A stretch of DNA of 64,000 bases from NCBI GenBank assembly GCA_963813815.1, contig CAWFAD010000007.1:1-64000 (forward strand), in the 5' to 3' direction. The stretch is from an uncultured bacterium (GTDB taxonomy: Bacteria; Krumholzibacteriota; Krumholzibacteriia; Krumholzibacteriales; Krumholzibacteriaceae). Under the pieces are notes generated by a model. That model searched no databases. It worked only from the letters and a program-made list of their open reading frames with translations, and had not been told where the DNA came from. The position numbers and the translations under genes are program-made. The first letter of the stretch is position 1; every line of letters begins with the position of its first letter. Below are positions 8,996 through 18,502 of this stretch, one piece after another.

Positions 8996-9011
8996 GGGCA
9001 CGGCGCTTGCC
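8996..9011 (+). promoter_or_regulatory. Sigma54 -24/-12 promoter upstream of the second bEBP
   Basis: GGGCACGGCGCTTGCC, GG-N10-GC; predicted start site lies within a few nt of ATG 9025. Confidence 0.6.
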
Positions 9012-9024
9012 GTCCGAAGACGTC

Positions 9025-10455
9025 ATGAAGCGTCTCGTTCGGACATTTCTCCGCCTCGCGTGCGACCTGTGCGGCGCCGAGAGATCGCACCTGCGCATCC
9101 TCGCGGGCGACGGAGCCCGGCCGGTCTGCCTGCTCGACGAGCGGTTCTCGCGCCGAGCGGCGGGGCCGTTCCTCGCTCCGGCGGGGCGCCAGATCGAACT
9201 GCTCGAGCCGCCGCATCGGGCGGGAGACGAGCTCGAGCCGGGAGAGGACGATGCGCCCTGCATCTTCGGCGAGCCGGCGGTTGAGCCGCTCGCTCGGGGG
9301 AACGCCGCGGCCGGATGGGAGTGGAGCCTGCGAAGAAGCACGGACGGGCTCGACATCGATCTCTCGCTCGACGGCGCGGGCGCGGCGTTCGCGAACGAGC
9401 GGATGGTGCGCGCGGCCTCGCTCCTCGAGCTCTTCGAGTCGATCATCGAGGGGCGCGGTTTCACCTCTCCGGCGCCGGCGCGGCCGCGGCTCGCCGGCGC
9501 CGGATTCGATCCGCCGATCGTCGGCCGGTCGCCGGCCATGATCGATCTCAAGCGCGATCTTTACCCGATCGCCTCGAGCGGCCTCTCCGTTCTCATCGAG
9601 GGGGAGAGCGGAACGGGGAAAGAGGCCGTCGCGAAGAACGTCCACCGGCTGAGCCCGCGGCGCGCGCGGCCCCTCGTTATAACGAGCGCGATGGAGGTGC
9701 CCCCGTCGCTGCTGCAGAGCGAGCTTTTTGGCCACGTCGAGGGGGCTTTCACGGGCGCGAGCCGCGACCGGATCGGGCTCATCGAGAGCGCCGCCGGGGG
9801 CACGTTCTTTCTCGACGAGGTCGGGGAGCTTCCGCTGCCGCTCCAGGCGACGCTGCTCCGCGTTCTTCAGGAGAAGGAAGTGCGGCGCATCGGCGAGAGT
9901 CGCCGGCGCCGCGTGGACGCGCGATTCGTGTTCGCCACCAACCGCGATCTCGATGACCTCGTGCGGCGGGGAAGGTTCCGCAAGGATCTGTACTTCAGGA
10001 TCGCCGTCATGCGAGTGCGCGTGCCGCCGCTCAGGGTTCGCCGGGAGGACGTCGTCCCCCTCGCCGAGCATTTTCTCGGAACCTGCGCCGCGCAGGCCGG
10101 GGTCGAGCCTCCCGCCCTCTCGGCCTCCGCCGTGCGGCGGCTCGTCGCGTACGATTGGCCGGGAAACGTCCGCGAGCTCAAGAACGAAATGGAGCGCGCG
10201 TTCGCCCTCAACGGGCGGGAGCGCGCCATCGGCGCGGCGATGCTCTCGCCGCACGTCGACCGCGCGGGCGGCGGGGCTGTAACCGTGGAGGGGCGCGCGT
10301 CGACTATCCCTGAGACGGTCGAGCGGCTGGAGCGCGGGATGATCCGCGAGGCGCTCGCCCGCGCAGGCGGGAATCGGACGAGGGCGTCCGAGGAGCTCGG
10401 GATCACCCGCCAAGGGCTTTTGAAAAAGCTCAAGAGATATAGTATGTTGAGGTGA
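9025..10455 (+). CDS. Sigma54 enhancer-binding protein with divergent (GAF-like?) N-terminus
   Basis: GESGTGKE, SELFGH, GAFTGA, FLDEVGE, FRKDLYFRI, WPGNVREL, GGNRTRASEELGITRQGLLKKLK HTH. Confidence 0.93.
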   Translation: MKRLVRTFLRLACDLCGAERSHLRILAGDGARPVCLLDERFSRRAAGPFLAPAGRQIELLEPPHRAGDELEPGEDDAPCIFGEPAVEPLARGNAAAGWEWSLRRSTDGLDIDLSLDGAGAAFANERMVRAASLLELFESIIEGRGFTSPAPARPRLAGAGFDPPIVGRSPAMIDLKRDLYPIASSGLSVLIEGESGTGKEAVAKNVHRLSPRRARPLVITSAMEVPPSLLQSELFGHVEGAFTGASRDRIGLIESAAGGTFFLDEVGELPLPLQATLLRVLQEKEVRRIGESRRRRVDARFVFATNRDLDDLVRRGRFRKDLYFRIAVMRVRVPPLRVRREDVVPLAEHFLGTCAAQAGVEPPALSASAVRRLVAYDWPGNVRELKNEMERAFALNGRERAIGAAMLSPHVDRAGGGAVTVEGRASTIPETVERLERGMIREALARAGGNRTRASEELGITRQGLLKKLKRYSMLR

Positions 10456-10567
10456 GCCGGGGGGCCGCGGGCCGACGCCTTCCCACCCGCCCGAAGACGC
10501 AGGGAATCGCTTCGGCCGGCGATACTGTCGTGAGAGGCTTACGACCGGCATGAAACAGGGAGTCGCA

Positions 10568-11899
10568 ATGGCAGAGGCACGGAATCGAAAGAGATTCGGC
10601 GGCAAGTGGCTCGTGATCGTTCTCGTCGTCGCGGCGATCGCCGCCGCGGCCGCCGTCACGGCGGTCCTCAAGGGGCGCGGCCGCTCGGTGCAGTCGCAGT
10701 TCCAGCTTCAGGAAATAACGCGCGGAAACCTCGAGAACGTCGTTTCGAGCACCGGCGTCATCGAGGCCGTCGGCACGGTGGAGATCGGCACGCAGGTGTC
10801 CGGGGCGATCTCGAGGATTTGCGTCGATTTCAACGATCAGGTCCGCGCCGGGCAGCTTCTGGCCGTTCTCGATACCGTTCCGCTCAGGGCGTCGGTGCTC
10901 GACGCGCAGGCGAGCCTCAAAAGGGCGGAGGCGCAGCTCGAAAAAGCGGCGTACGATTACCGGCAGAACCTGCCGCTCTACGAGAGAGGGCTCGTCTCGG
11001 AATCGGAGTTCATGACCATGAAGATCGCCGTTCCGACGCAGGAAGCGTCCGTGCAGTCGGCGCGGGCCGCGCTCGATCGCGCGGAGTTCAACTTCGCGAA
11101 CGCGCTCATCCGGTCGCCGATCAGCGGGACGGTCATCGAGCGCACCGTCGAGCGGGGGCAGACCGTGGCGGCGAGCTTCAACACGCCGAAGCTCTTTCTC
11201 ATCGCGGAGAATCTCTCGCGCGTCGAAATACACGCCGAGGTGGACGAGAGCGACATCGGCCAGATACGGAACGATCTCTCGGTCCGGTTCGAGGTGCCCG
11301 CTTACCCGGATAAGCTTTTCGACGGAACGGTGAAGCAGATACGGCTGCAGCCCACGGTCGAGCAGAACGTGGTGAACTACACGGTCATCGTCGACGCCGC
11401 CAACACGGACGGGCTTCTGCTGCCGGGAATGACGGCGACGGTGGATTTTCTCGTCGAGCAGCGCGAGAACGTTCTCCTCGTGCCGAACGCGGCCCTGCAG
11501 TTTCAGGCGACGGCCGAGATGCAGGAGGAAGCGCGCAAGCAAATGGAGAAGCGTCTCGCGTCGGCGCCTGATTCGATCAAGGCGCGCTTCGCTGCGCGGA
11601 GCGAGCGAGGGGGGAGCGGCGGCCTCGCGGGCGCCGCGGGAGGAAGCGCCGCCGGTTCGGGAGGAACCGCGGGCGGCGGTTCGATGGCGGACATGGGGCG
11701 CGTGTGGTACGTCGACGTCGACGGCAAGTACGCGGCGGCCCTGTTCAGAAAGGGAGCCACCGACGGGAAATTCACCGAAGTTCTCCGGAGCCGCGATCTC
11801 AAGGAGGGCATGCAGGTGATCCTCGGCTACGCCCCCGACAATCCCGACAAGAAAAAGGCTCGAGGCTCTCAGTCGTTCGGACCGCCGAGGCTGCTCTAG
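10568..11899 (+). CDS. MacA-like efflux periplasmic adaptor subunit
   Basis: N-terminal TM; VEIGTQVSG, IRSPISGTVI, GQTVAASFNTP, VDESDIG, LLPGMTA; alternative start at 10550. Confidence 0.93.
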   Translation: MAEARNRKRFGGKWLVIVLVVAAIAAAAAVTAVLKGRGRSVQSQFQLQEITRGNLENVVSSTGVIEAVGTVEIGTQVSGAISRICVDFNDQVRAGQLLAVLDTVPLRASVLDAQASLKRAEAQLEKAAYDYRQNLPLYERGLVSESEFMTMKIAVPTQEASVQSARAALDRAEFNFANALIRSPISGTVIERTVERGQTVAASFNTPKLFLIAENLSRVEIHAEVDESDIGQIRNDLSVRFEVPAYPDKLFDGTVKQIRLQPTVEQNVVNYTVIVDAANTDGLLLPGMTATVDFLVEQRENVLLVPNAALQFQATAEMQEEARKQMEKRLASAPDSIKARFAARSERGGSGGLAGAAGGSAAGSGGTAGGGSMADMGRVWYVDVDGKYAAALFRKGATDGKFTEVLRSRDLKEGMQVILGYAPDNPDKKKARGSQSFGPPRLL

Positions 11900-11901
11900 C
11901 T

Positions 11902-12660
11902 ATGCCGGGCATCATAGAAACGAAACGGCTCGCCAAGGTGTACCGGATGGGCGACATCGAGCTCGCGGCGCTGAGGGGGATCGATCTCCTCGTCCAGCCC
12001 GGCGAGTTCATGGCCATCATGGGGGCGTCGGGCTCGGGCAAATCGACGCTCATGAATCTTCTCGGCTGCCTCGACGAGCCGACCTCGGGCGATTACTGGC
12101 TCGACGGGCAGGCGGTCGGGGCGCTCGGCCGGAACGAGTACGCCGACATTCGGAACCAGAAAATAGGATTCGTGTTTCAGGGATTCAACCTCCTCGCCCG
12201 CACCTCCGCGCTCGAAAACGTCGAGCTGCCGCTGCTCTACGATCGCTCGCGCCGTATCGCGAGCCCGCTGCGGGCCGCCCGCGAGGCGCTCGAGCGGGTG
12301 GGGCTCGGGGACCGGTTCGAACACGAGCCGAACCAGCTCTCCGGCGGCGAGCAGCAGCGCGTCGCCATCGCGCGGGCTCTCGTGAACCGGCCCTCGCTCG
12401 TTCTCGCGGACGAGCCGACGGGCAACCTCGACAGCCGCACGTCGATCGAGATCATGGAGATATTTCAGGAGCTGAACGGTCAGGGGATCACCATTATCCT
12501 CGTGACGCACGAGCACGACATCGCGCAGTACGCCAAGCGCGTCATCGAGATGCGCGACGGCCTCATCGTCGGCGATATCCTCGTGCGGGACCGCTGGGAC
12601 GCGAAACGGAACTTGGCCGCGTTCCGGCGAACGGGAAGCGGCGCGGAGGCGGCGTCATGA
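11902..12660 (+). CDS. MacB/LolD-type ABC transporter ATP-binding protein
   Basis: [45 protein letters not shown]. Confidence 0.95.
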   Translation: MPGIIETKRLAKVYRMGDIELAALRGIDLLVQPGEFMAIMGASGSGKSTLMNLLGCLDEPTSGDYWLDGQAVGALGRNEYADIRNQKIGFVFQGFNLLARTSALENVELPLLYDRSRRIASPLRAAREALERVGLGDRFEHEPNQLSGGEQQRVAIARALVNRPSLVLADEPTGNLDSRTSIEIMEIFQELNGQGITIILVTHEHDIAQYAKRVIEMRDGLIVGDILVRDRWDAKRNLAAFRRTGSGAEAAS

Positions 12661-13886
12661 TGGGAACGTTCGAATTCCGAAACCTGACGAAGACCGCCTT
12701 CCGGAGCATCATGAAAAACCGGCTGCGGAGCTTTCTCACCTCCCTCGGCATCATCATCGGCGTCGCCGCCGTGATCGTGATGGTGGGCATCGGCGAGGGG
12801 GCGCAGAAGCGGATTCAGGGAGAGATCGCCTCGCTCGGCACCGACGTCATGATGATATTCCCGGGGGCGAGCCGGTTCGGCGGCGTGAGCAGGGGGGCCG
12901 GGAGCTGGAGCCCCTTCACCTTCAGCGAGGTCGAGGAGATCCGGGAGCGCGCGACCTCTCTCAGGGCTCTCTCTCCCGTCGTGCGCGCAGGCGGCCAGGT
13001 GATCGGCGGGGGACAGAACTGGAGCACGTCGACGTTCGGCGTCGATCCCGATTACTTCACGGTGCGGAACTGGAACGTCTCGATCGGCGAGATCTTCAGC
13101 GAGCGGGACGTCGTCAACCGCAAGAAGGTCGCCATTCTCGGCAAGACGGTGGCCGACGCGCTCTTTCCGGGCGGCAACGCCGTCGGGGAGCGCATCCGTA
13201 TCCGAAACGTTCCGTTCGTCGTGATCGGGGTGCTCGAGTCGAAGGGGCAGAACTCGATGGGACAGGATCAGGACGACGTCATCATCGCTCCGACCAACAC
13301 CGTGATGTATCGATTGCAGGGGGACCCGCACGTCGATTTCCTCGTCGCGAGCGCGCGTTCGGCCGATGAGGTGGACGTCGCGCGAGAGCAGCTCCGGAGC
13401 ATCCTTCGCGAGATGCGCCGCCTTGAGGACGGCGACGCGGACAACTTCAACGTCCGCACGCAGGCCGATCTCATCGAAACGGCCTCGGCGACGGCGAAAA
13501 TGCTGACGATGCTTCTCGGAGCCATCGCCGGCGTCTCGCTCCTCGTCGGAGGCATCGGCATCATGAACATCATGCTCGTCTCGGTGACCGAGCGGACGCG
13601 CGAGATCGGCATCAGGCTTTCCATCGGCGCGCGCGGGGTCGACGTGCTCACGCAGTTCGTCACCGAGGCCGTCGTGCTGAGCCTCGCCGGCGGCATGATC
13701 GGCATCGTTCTCTCGTTCGCCGCCTCCTTCTTCGTGAATCGGTTCAGCTCGCTCAACATGATCATCAATCCGGGCACGGTGGTTCTCGTCTGCTTCGTCT
13801 GCGTCGGCGTCGGCGTTTTCTTCGGTTGGTATCCCGCCCGAAAGGCCGCCTCCCTCAACCCCGTCGAGGCCCTGCGGTACGAGTGA
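12657..13886 (+). CDS. MacB-type ABC transporter permease
   Basis: RSFLTSLGIIIGVAAV, GGIGIMNIMLVSVTERTREIG, YPARKAASLNPVEALRYE. Confidence 0.95.
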   Translation: MMGTFEFRNLTKTAFRSIMKNRLRSFLTSLGIIIGVAAVIVMVGIGEGAQKRIQGEIASLGTDVMMIFPGASRFGGVSRGAGSWSPFTFSEVEEIRERATSLRALSPVVRAGGQVIGGGQNWSTSTFGVDPDYFTVRNWNVSIGEIFSERDVVNRKKVAILGKTVADALFPGGNAVGERIRIRNVPFVVIGVLESKGQNSMGQDQDDVIIAPTNTVMYRLQGDPHVDFLVASARSADEVDVAREQLRSILREMRRLEDGDADNFNVRTQADLIETASATAKMLTMLLGAIAGVSLLVGGIGIMNIMLVSVTERTREIGIRLSIGARGVDVLTQFVTEAVVLSLAGGMIGIVLSFAASFFVNRFSSLNMIINPGTVVLVCFVCVGVGVFFGWYPARKAASLNPVEALRYE

Positions 13887-13910
13887 GCCCGGCGCGCGCG
13901 TTCTTTCCAT

Positions 13911-13940
13911 TTGCCCCTCGCTCCCGCGGTCGACTATACT
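13911..13940 (+). promoter_or_regulatory. Sigma70-type promoter for lnt operon
   Basis: TTGCCC-18 nt-TATACT. Confidence 0.5.
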
Positions 13941-13953
13941 GCGTCGCGTTCGC

Positions 13954-15594
13954 ATGGAGGAGCGCGCGGTGAGATCTTTGTCGTTCATACGGCGGTGGGG
14001 CGAGGAGCTGCTCGCGGGGGGCGCGAGCGGATTGCTCCTCGCGCTCTGCTTTCCGCCCTTTCCGACGAGGTTTCTCGCCGCGGTCGCTCTCGTCCCGTTT
14101 CTCCGGTACGCGCTCGTGCGGCTTCCGGCTCGCGCGGCGGAGCTCGCCGCGGCGCGGCCGCCGGAAAGCGGAGAACAATCGCTCCGTCGGGCGTACCTCA
14201 AGCGCGGGTTCGTCGCGGGCTACGCGCTCGGCGTCGCGTTTTTCGCCACGCTCCTCTACTGGATACTGAATCTCATCCCCGCCTCGGGCATCGTCACGCG
14301 GTGGATTCTGCTCCCCGCGCTCATGCTCCTCGTGGGCTATCTCTCCTGCTACACGGCGCTCTTCGGGCTCGGACTCTCGTGGCTCAGGTACCGGCTCGGA
14401 GCGGCGGCCCTCTGGGCGGCGCCCGCTCTCTGGACGCTCGTCGAGTACGGGCGCTCGCACGGGGAGCTCGCCTTCTCCTGGGGCGTGCTCGCGAACTCGC
14501 TCGCGACCCATCCGGTCGCCATACAGGGTCTCTCCGTGTACGGCTCCTTCGGCCTCTCGTTCGTTCTCGTGGCGCTGAACGTCCTCGCCGCGCTCGCCTT
14601 CTTCTCGCGCGGGGCGCGGACGCGCATCGCGGCCGTCGCGGCGTTCGCCGCGATCGCAGCGGGGCACCTCTTCTGGGGCAGGGCCGAGATCGCCCGCCTC
14701 GACCGGACGGAGACGGCGCTCGAGTCTCCGCGGTCGATCGCCGTCGTGCAGCCGAACGTCGATCTCGCCCTCAAATGGGAGGAGGCGTACCGCGATCCGA
14801 TCTTTCGCCAGATGGAGCGCTACATCGCGCTCGCGGCGCGCGGCGGGGCCCGGCTCGTCGTGTTTCCCGAGACGGCGGCCCCCGTGTCGTTCAAGGTGTC
14901 TCCCGAATACCTCGGACGGCTCGAGTACGCGGCGCGCGAGGGAGGTATCGGCGTTCTCACGGGCTACGTCGACCATACGCACCGCTCGGGCGAGTGGCGC
15001 TCGCACAACGCCGCGATGCTCATCGGGCGCGACGGTCTTCCGGCGGGCAACTACTACAAGGTGAATCTGCTCCCCTTCGGCGAAAAGATGCCGTGGAGCC
15101 AGTACATCCCCGCCCTCAGCAAGCTCGAGTTCGGCCAGGCGAACTTCGTCGCGGGCACCGAGCAGAGGATCTTCGAGTCGGAAGCGGGGAGATTCGGCGT
15201 TCTCATCTGCTACGAGGCGGCTTTCGCCGGTTACACGCGAAGGTACGTCCTCTCCGGCGCCGATTTTCTCGTGAACATTACGAACGACGGGTGGTTCGGC
15301 CCGGGGCCCGGCCCGCGGCAGCACGCCGAAATGGCGATTCTGCGCGCCGTCGAGAACCGCGTGACGCTCGTTCGGGCCGCCTACACGGGCGTGTCGATGA
15401 TCGTCGATCCGGCCGGAAGGATCCCGGATCGCGTCGAGCTCTTCACCGAGGGAATGATACTCGGCGATCCCCGGAGGACCGCTTCGCGATCGTTCTACAC
15501 GAAACACGGCGACGCCGTCTTCTTCGTCATGGCGCTCGCCTCGATCGTCCTCGCCGGCTCGCTCGCGCGCCGCGTCGAGGGCTCAAGAGGCTGA
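13954..15594 (+). CDS. lnt: Apolipoprotein N-acyltransferase
   Basis: TM N-terminus, VQPNV, FPETA (Glu), YYKVNLLPFGE (Lys), LICYE (Cys), NITNDGWFG, RAVENR; GTG 13969 is an alternative start. Confidence 0.95.
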   Translation: MEERAVRSLSFIRRWGEELLAGGASGLLLALCFPPFPTRFLAAVALVPFLRYALVRLPARAAELAAARPPESGEQSLRRAYLKRGFVAGYALGVAFFATLLYWILNLIPASGIVTRWILLPALMLLVGYLSCYTALFGLGLSWLRYRLGAAALWAAPALWTLVEYGRSHGELAFSWGVLANSLATHPVAIQGLSVYGSFGLSFVLVALNVLAALAFFSRGARTRIAAVAAFAAIAAGHLFWGRAEIARLDRTETALESPRSIAVVQPNVDLALKWEEAYRDPIFRQMERYIALAARGGARLVVFPETAAPVSFKVSPEYLGRLEYAAREGGIGVLTGYVDHTHRSGEWRSHNAAMLIGRDGLPAGNYYKVNLLPFGEKMPWSQYIPALSKLEFGQANFVAGTEQRIFESEAGRFGVLICYEAAFAGYTRRYVLSGADFLVNITNDGWFGPGPGPRQHAEMAILRAVENRVTLVRAAYTGVSMIVDPAGRIPDRVELFTEGMILGDPRRTASRSFYTKHGDAVFFVMALASIVLAGSLARRVEGSRG

Positions 15595-15616
15595 CGCGCG
15601 CCGGGGGGGAGTCCGC

Positions 15617-16882
15617 ATGAACGTCGACGAGCAGGCATACCTCGACGATCCCTATCGGACCGAGTTCTCGTCCCGGGTTCGAGCGGTCGAGCCCGCGGGG
15701 GAGGGTCTTTCGGCGGTCTTTCTCGATCGCACCTATTTCTACCCGGAGTCCGGAGGCCAGCCCGACGACAGGGGCGTTCTCGGCGGCATGCGCGTCGCCG
15801 CGGTCGTCGAGGAGACGCGCGGCGTGCGCCACATCGTCGAGGGAACGCTCGCTCCCGGCGCGGAGGTCGAGGGGGCGATCGATTGGCCGCGCCGCTTCGA
15901 CCACATGCAGCAGCACTCGGGACAGCACCTCCTCTCGCGGGTCTTCCTCGAGGCGAAGAGCCTTCGCACCGTTTCCTTTCATCTCGGCGAGGAGACCTGC
16001 ACGATCGATCTCGAGGGAATGACCCCCTCGCCGGAGACTCTCGACGCCGTCGAGGCGCGGGCGAACGAGGCGGTTTTCGCGAACGCGCCGATCCGGCATC
16101 GCGTCGTCGGCGCGGAGGAGCTCGGCGGCATCGAGGGCCCCGCGGCCGGCGGGCCGGGGGCGGGCCGCGAGGGCGCCGGCGAGGTGCTGCGATCGCGGCT
16201 CCCCGAGGGGGTCGAGCGGGTGCGGATCGTCGAAATCGAGGGGCGCGATCGCTCCACCTGCTGCGGCACGCACGTGCGCTCGACGGGTGAAATCGGGATC
16301 GTCAAGATTCTCGGCATGGAGCGGGCGAAAGGGCTCGCCCGCGTCGAGTTCATCTGCGGCGGCCGGGCGGTCCGCGATTACGCGGCGAAGCACCGGCTGC
16401 TCGTCTCCCTCGCCGGGGCGCTCACGACGGACTGGCGCGAGGTGCCGCGCGTGGCGGCCAAGCTCGGCGAGGAAGCGCGGGATCTGCGCAAGAGAGCGGA
16501 GGAGCTCGGCCGCGATCTCGCGCGGCTGCGCGCCGCCGAGCTCGCCTCGCCGACCGGCTCGGCGGGAGGATACGCCGTCGTGAAGCGGATTCTCGAGGGG
16601 AGCGACGCGTCGTCGCTCGGCGAAACGGCGTCGAGCATCCGGCGGACGGAGCGTACGATCGTTCTGCTCGGCACCGCGGGGCCGCCTCCGGCGCTCGTCT
16701 TCGGATGCTCCCCCGGGGTCCCGCTCGACATGGGGGAGATCATGAAATCCTGCGCCGCCGTCATCGGCGCGCGCGGCGGCGGGGGGAAGGATTTCGCCCG
16801 GGGGGGCGGGGGGGATGGATCGCGGGTGGGCGAGGCCCTCGACGAGGCGGAGCGGCTCGCGCGGGAGGCCCTCGGCGCGTAG
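15617..16882 (+). CDS. Alanyl-tRNA editing protein (AlaX-L type) with DHHA1 domain
   Basis: FYPESGGQPDD, HMQQHSGQH, CCGTHV, C-terminal GARGGG. Confidence 0.9.
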   Translation: MNVDEQAYLDDPYRTEFSSRVRAVEPAGEGLSAVFLDRTYFYPESGGQPDDRGVLGGMRVAAVVEETRGVRHIVEGTLAPGAEVEGAIDWPRRFDHMQQHSGQHLLSRVFLEAKSLRTVSFHLGEETCTIDLEGMTPSPETLDAVEARANEAVFANAPIRHRVVGAEELGGIEGPAAGGPGAGREGAGEVLRSRLPEGVERVRIVEIEGRDRSTCCGTHVRSTGEIGIVKILGMERAKGLARVEFICGGRAVRDYAAKHRLLVSLAGALTTDWREVPRVAAKLGEEARDLRKRAEELGRDLARLRAAELASPTGSAGGYAVVKRILEGSDASSLGETASSIRRTERTIVLLGTAGPPPALVFGCSPGVPLDMGEIMKSCAAVIGARGGGGKDFARGGGGDGSRVGEALDEAERLAREALGA

Positions 16883-16913
16883 CGAGGCGCCGGCGTCCGG
16901 CGGGGAGAGCGTC

Positions 16914-17570
16914 ATGATCTGGAAACCCCTCGAAAGCAACCGGCGAAAGCGCGAGGAAATGGTGCGAACGCAGATCGCGCGCCGCGGCGTCCGCGACGAG
17001 CGGGTGCTCGAGGCGATGCGGAAGGTGCCGCGCGAGCTCTACGTCGCGCCGGCGGATCGCGAGAGCGCCTTTTACGACGGGCCACTCGGCATCGGATGCG
17101 GCCAGACGATATCGCAGCCCTACATCGTGGCGTACATGACCGAGATGCTCGCGATCAAGCCGAAGGATCGCGTGCTCGAGGTGGGCACGGGGAGCGGTTA
17201 TCAGACGGCCGTGCTCGCCGAGCTCGCCGCCGAGGTCTGCACGATGGAGATCGTCGAGGAGCTCGCGCGGGGGGCCGAAGCGAAGCTCCGCGAGCAGGGG
17301 TACGCCACAATACGATTCCGGATCGGAGACGGCTCGCTCGGCTGGAGCGAGGCGGCGCCGTTCGACGCGATCATGATCACCGCCGCTCCCGGCCGCGTGC
17401 CCGACGCGCTCGCCGCCCAGCTCGCGGACGGCGGGCGGATGATCGTGCCGGTCGGCACGTTCGAGCAAACGCTCGCGCTCCTGACGCGGCGGGGGGATCG
17501 GATCGAGCGGCGGGAGCTCATCGGCGTGCGGTTCGTGCCGATGACGGGCCGCGTCCAGGAGGAACCATGA
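16914..17570 (+). CDS. pcm: Protein-L-isoaspartate O-methyltransferase
   Basis: GQTISQPYIVA, VLEVGTGSGYQ, APFDAI, VRFVPM. Confidence 0.95.
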   Translation: MIWKPLESNRRKREEMVRTQIARRGVRDERVLEAMRKVPRELYVAPADRESAFYDGPLGIGCGQTISQPYIVAYMTEMLAIKPKDRVLEVGTGSGYQTAVLAELAAEVCTMEIVEELARGAEAKLREQGYATIRFRIGDGSLGWSEAAPFDAIMITAAPGRVPDALAAQLADGGRMIVPVGTFEQTLALLTRRGDRIERRELIGVRFVPMTGRVQEEP

Positions 17571-18502
17571 CGGTCGGCATTCTCCACCACGCTCTCTTCG
17601 GCGAGCATCTGGCCGGGTACACCCACCCCGAGAGCCCGGGGCGCTTCGAGGCGATCATGCGGCGGCTGCGGGGGAGCTCCTTCGCCCCGCGGCTCTCCTT
17701 CATCGAGGCGGAGCCCGCGACCGAGGAATGGCTCGCGCTCGTGCACGATCCCGCGTACGTGAAGGGCATCCTGTCGCTCGAGATCGACGAGGCGGTCGTT
17801 CTCGACTGGGGAGACACGGTCGCGACGAAGGCCTCCCCGAGCGCGGCGCTCCACGCCGCGGGGGCCGGCGTCCAGGCCGCGCGCCTCGTGCTCGAGGGGT
17901 CGCTCGATTCGGCGTTCTGCTGCGTCAGGCCGCCGGGTCATCACGCCGAGCGCAACCGCGCCATGGGATTCTGCATCTTCAACAACGTCGCCGTCGCGGC
18001 GGCGTACCTCGTCGAAAAGGCGTCGGTCGCGCGCGTCGCCGTCGTCGATTGGGACGTGCACCATGGGAACGGCACCGAGAGCATCTTTCTCGAGGACGAC
18101 CGCGTGTTCTACGTCAGTCTGCATCAGTATCCGCACTACCCGGGCACGGGGAGCGCCGACACCGTCGGATCGGGCCGCGGGGCCGGGTATACCCTCAACC
18201 TTCCCATGGGCGCGGGGGCGGGCGACCGGGAGTATCTCCTCGCCTTTCGCGACCGCGTCATCCCGGCCCTCGACGAGTTCGCGCCGGGCTTCATCCTCGT
18301 CTCGGCGGGCTTCGACGGACACGCGGAGGATCCGCTCTCCGGCACGCTCCTCACGACCCCGGTCTTCGGGCGGATGACGACGCTGCTTCGGGAGTGCGCC
18401 GAGCGCCACTGCGGGGGAAAGATCGTCTCGATGCTCGAGGGGGGGTACGCCCTCGCCGCGCTCGCCGATTCGGTCGAAGAGCACGTCAAGGCGCTGCTCT
18501 AA
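17567..18502 (+). CDS. Zn-dependent histone deacetylase family protein
   Basis: HPESP.R, RPPGHHA, GFCIFNN, DWDVHHGNGT, SAGFD, LEGGY; C-terminal part of ORF 17096..18502. Confidence 0.95.
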   Translation: MTVGILHHALFGEHLAGYTHPESPGRFEAIMRRLRGSSFAPRLSFIEAEPATEEWLALVHDPAYVKGILSLEIDEAVVLDWGDTVATKASPSAALHAAGAGVQAARLVLEGSLDSAFCCVRPPGHHAERNRAMGFCIFNNVAVAAAYLVEKASVARVAVVDWDVHHGNGTESIFLEDDRVFYVSLHQYPHYPGTGSADTVGSGRGAGYTLNLPMGAGAGDREYLLAFRDRVIPALDEFAPGFILVSAGFDGHAEDPLSGTLLTTPVFGRMTTLLRECAERHCGGKIVSMLEGGYALAALADSVEEHVKALL

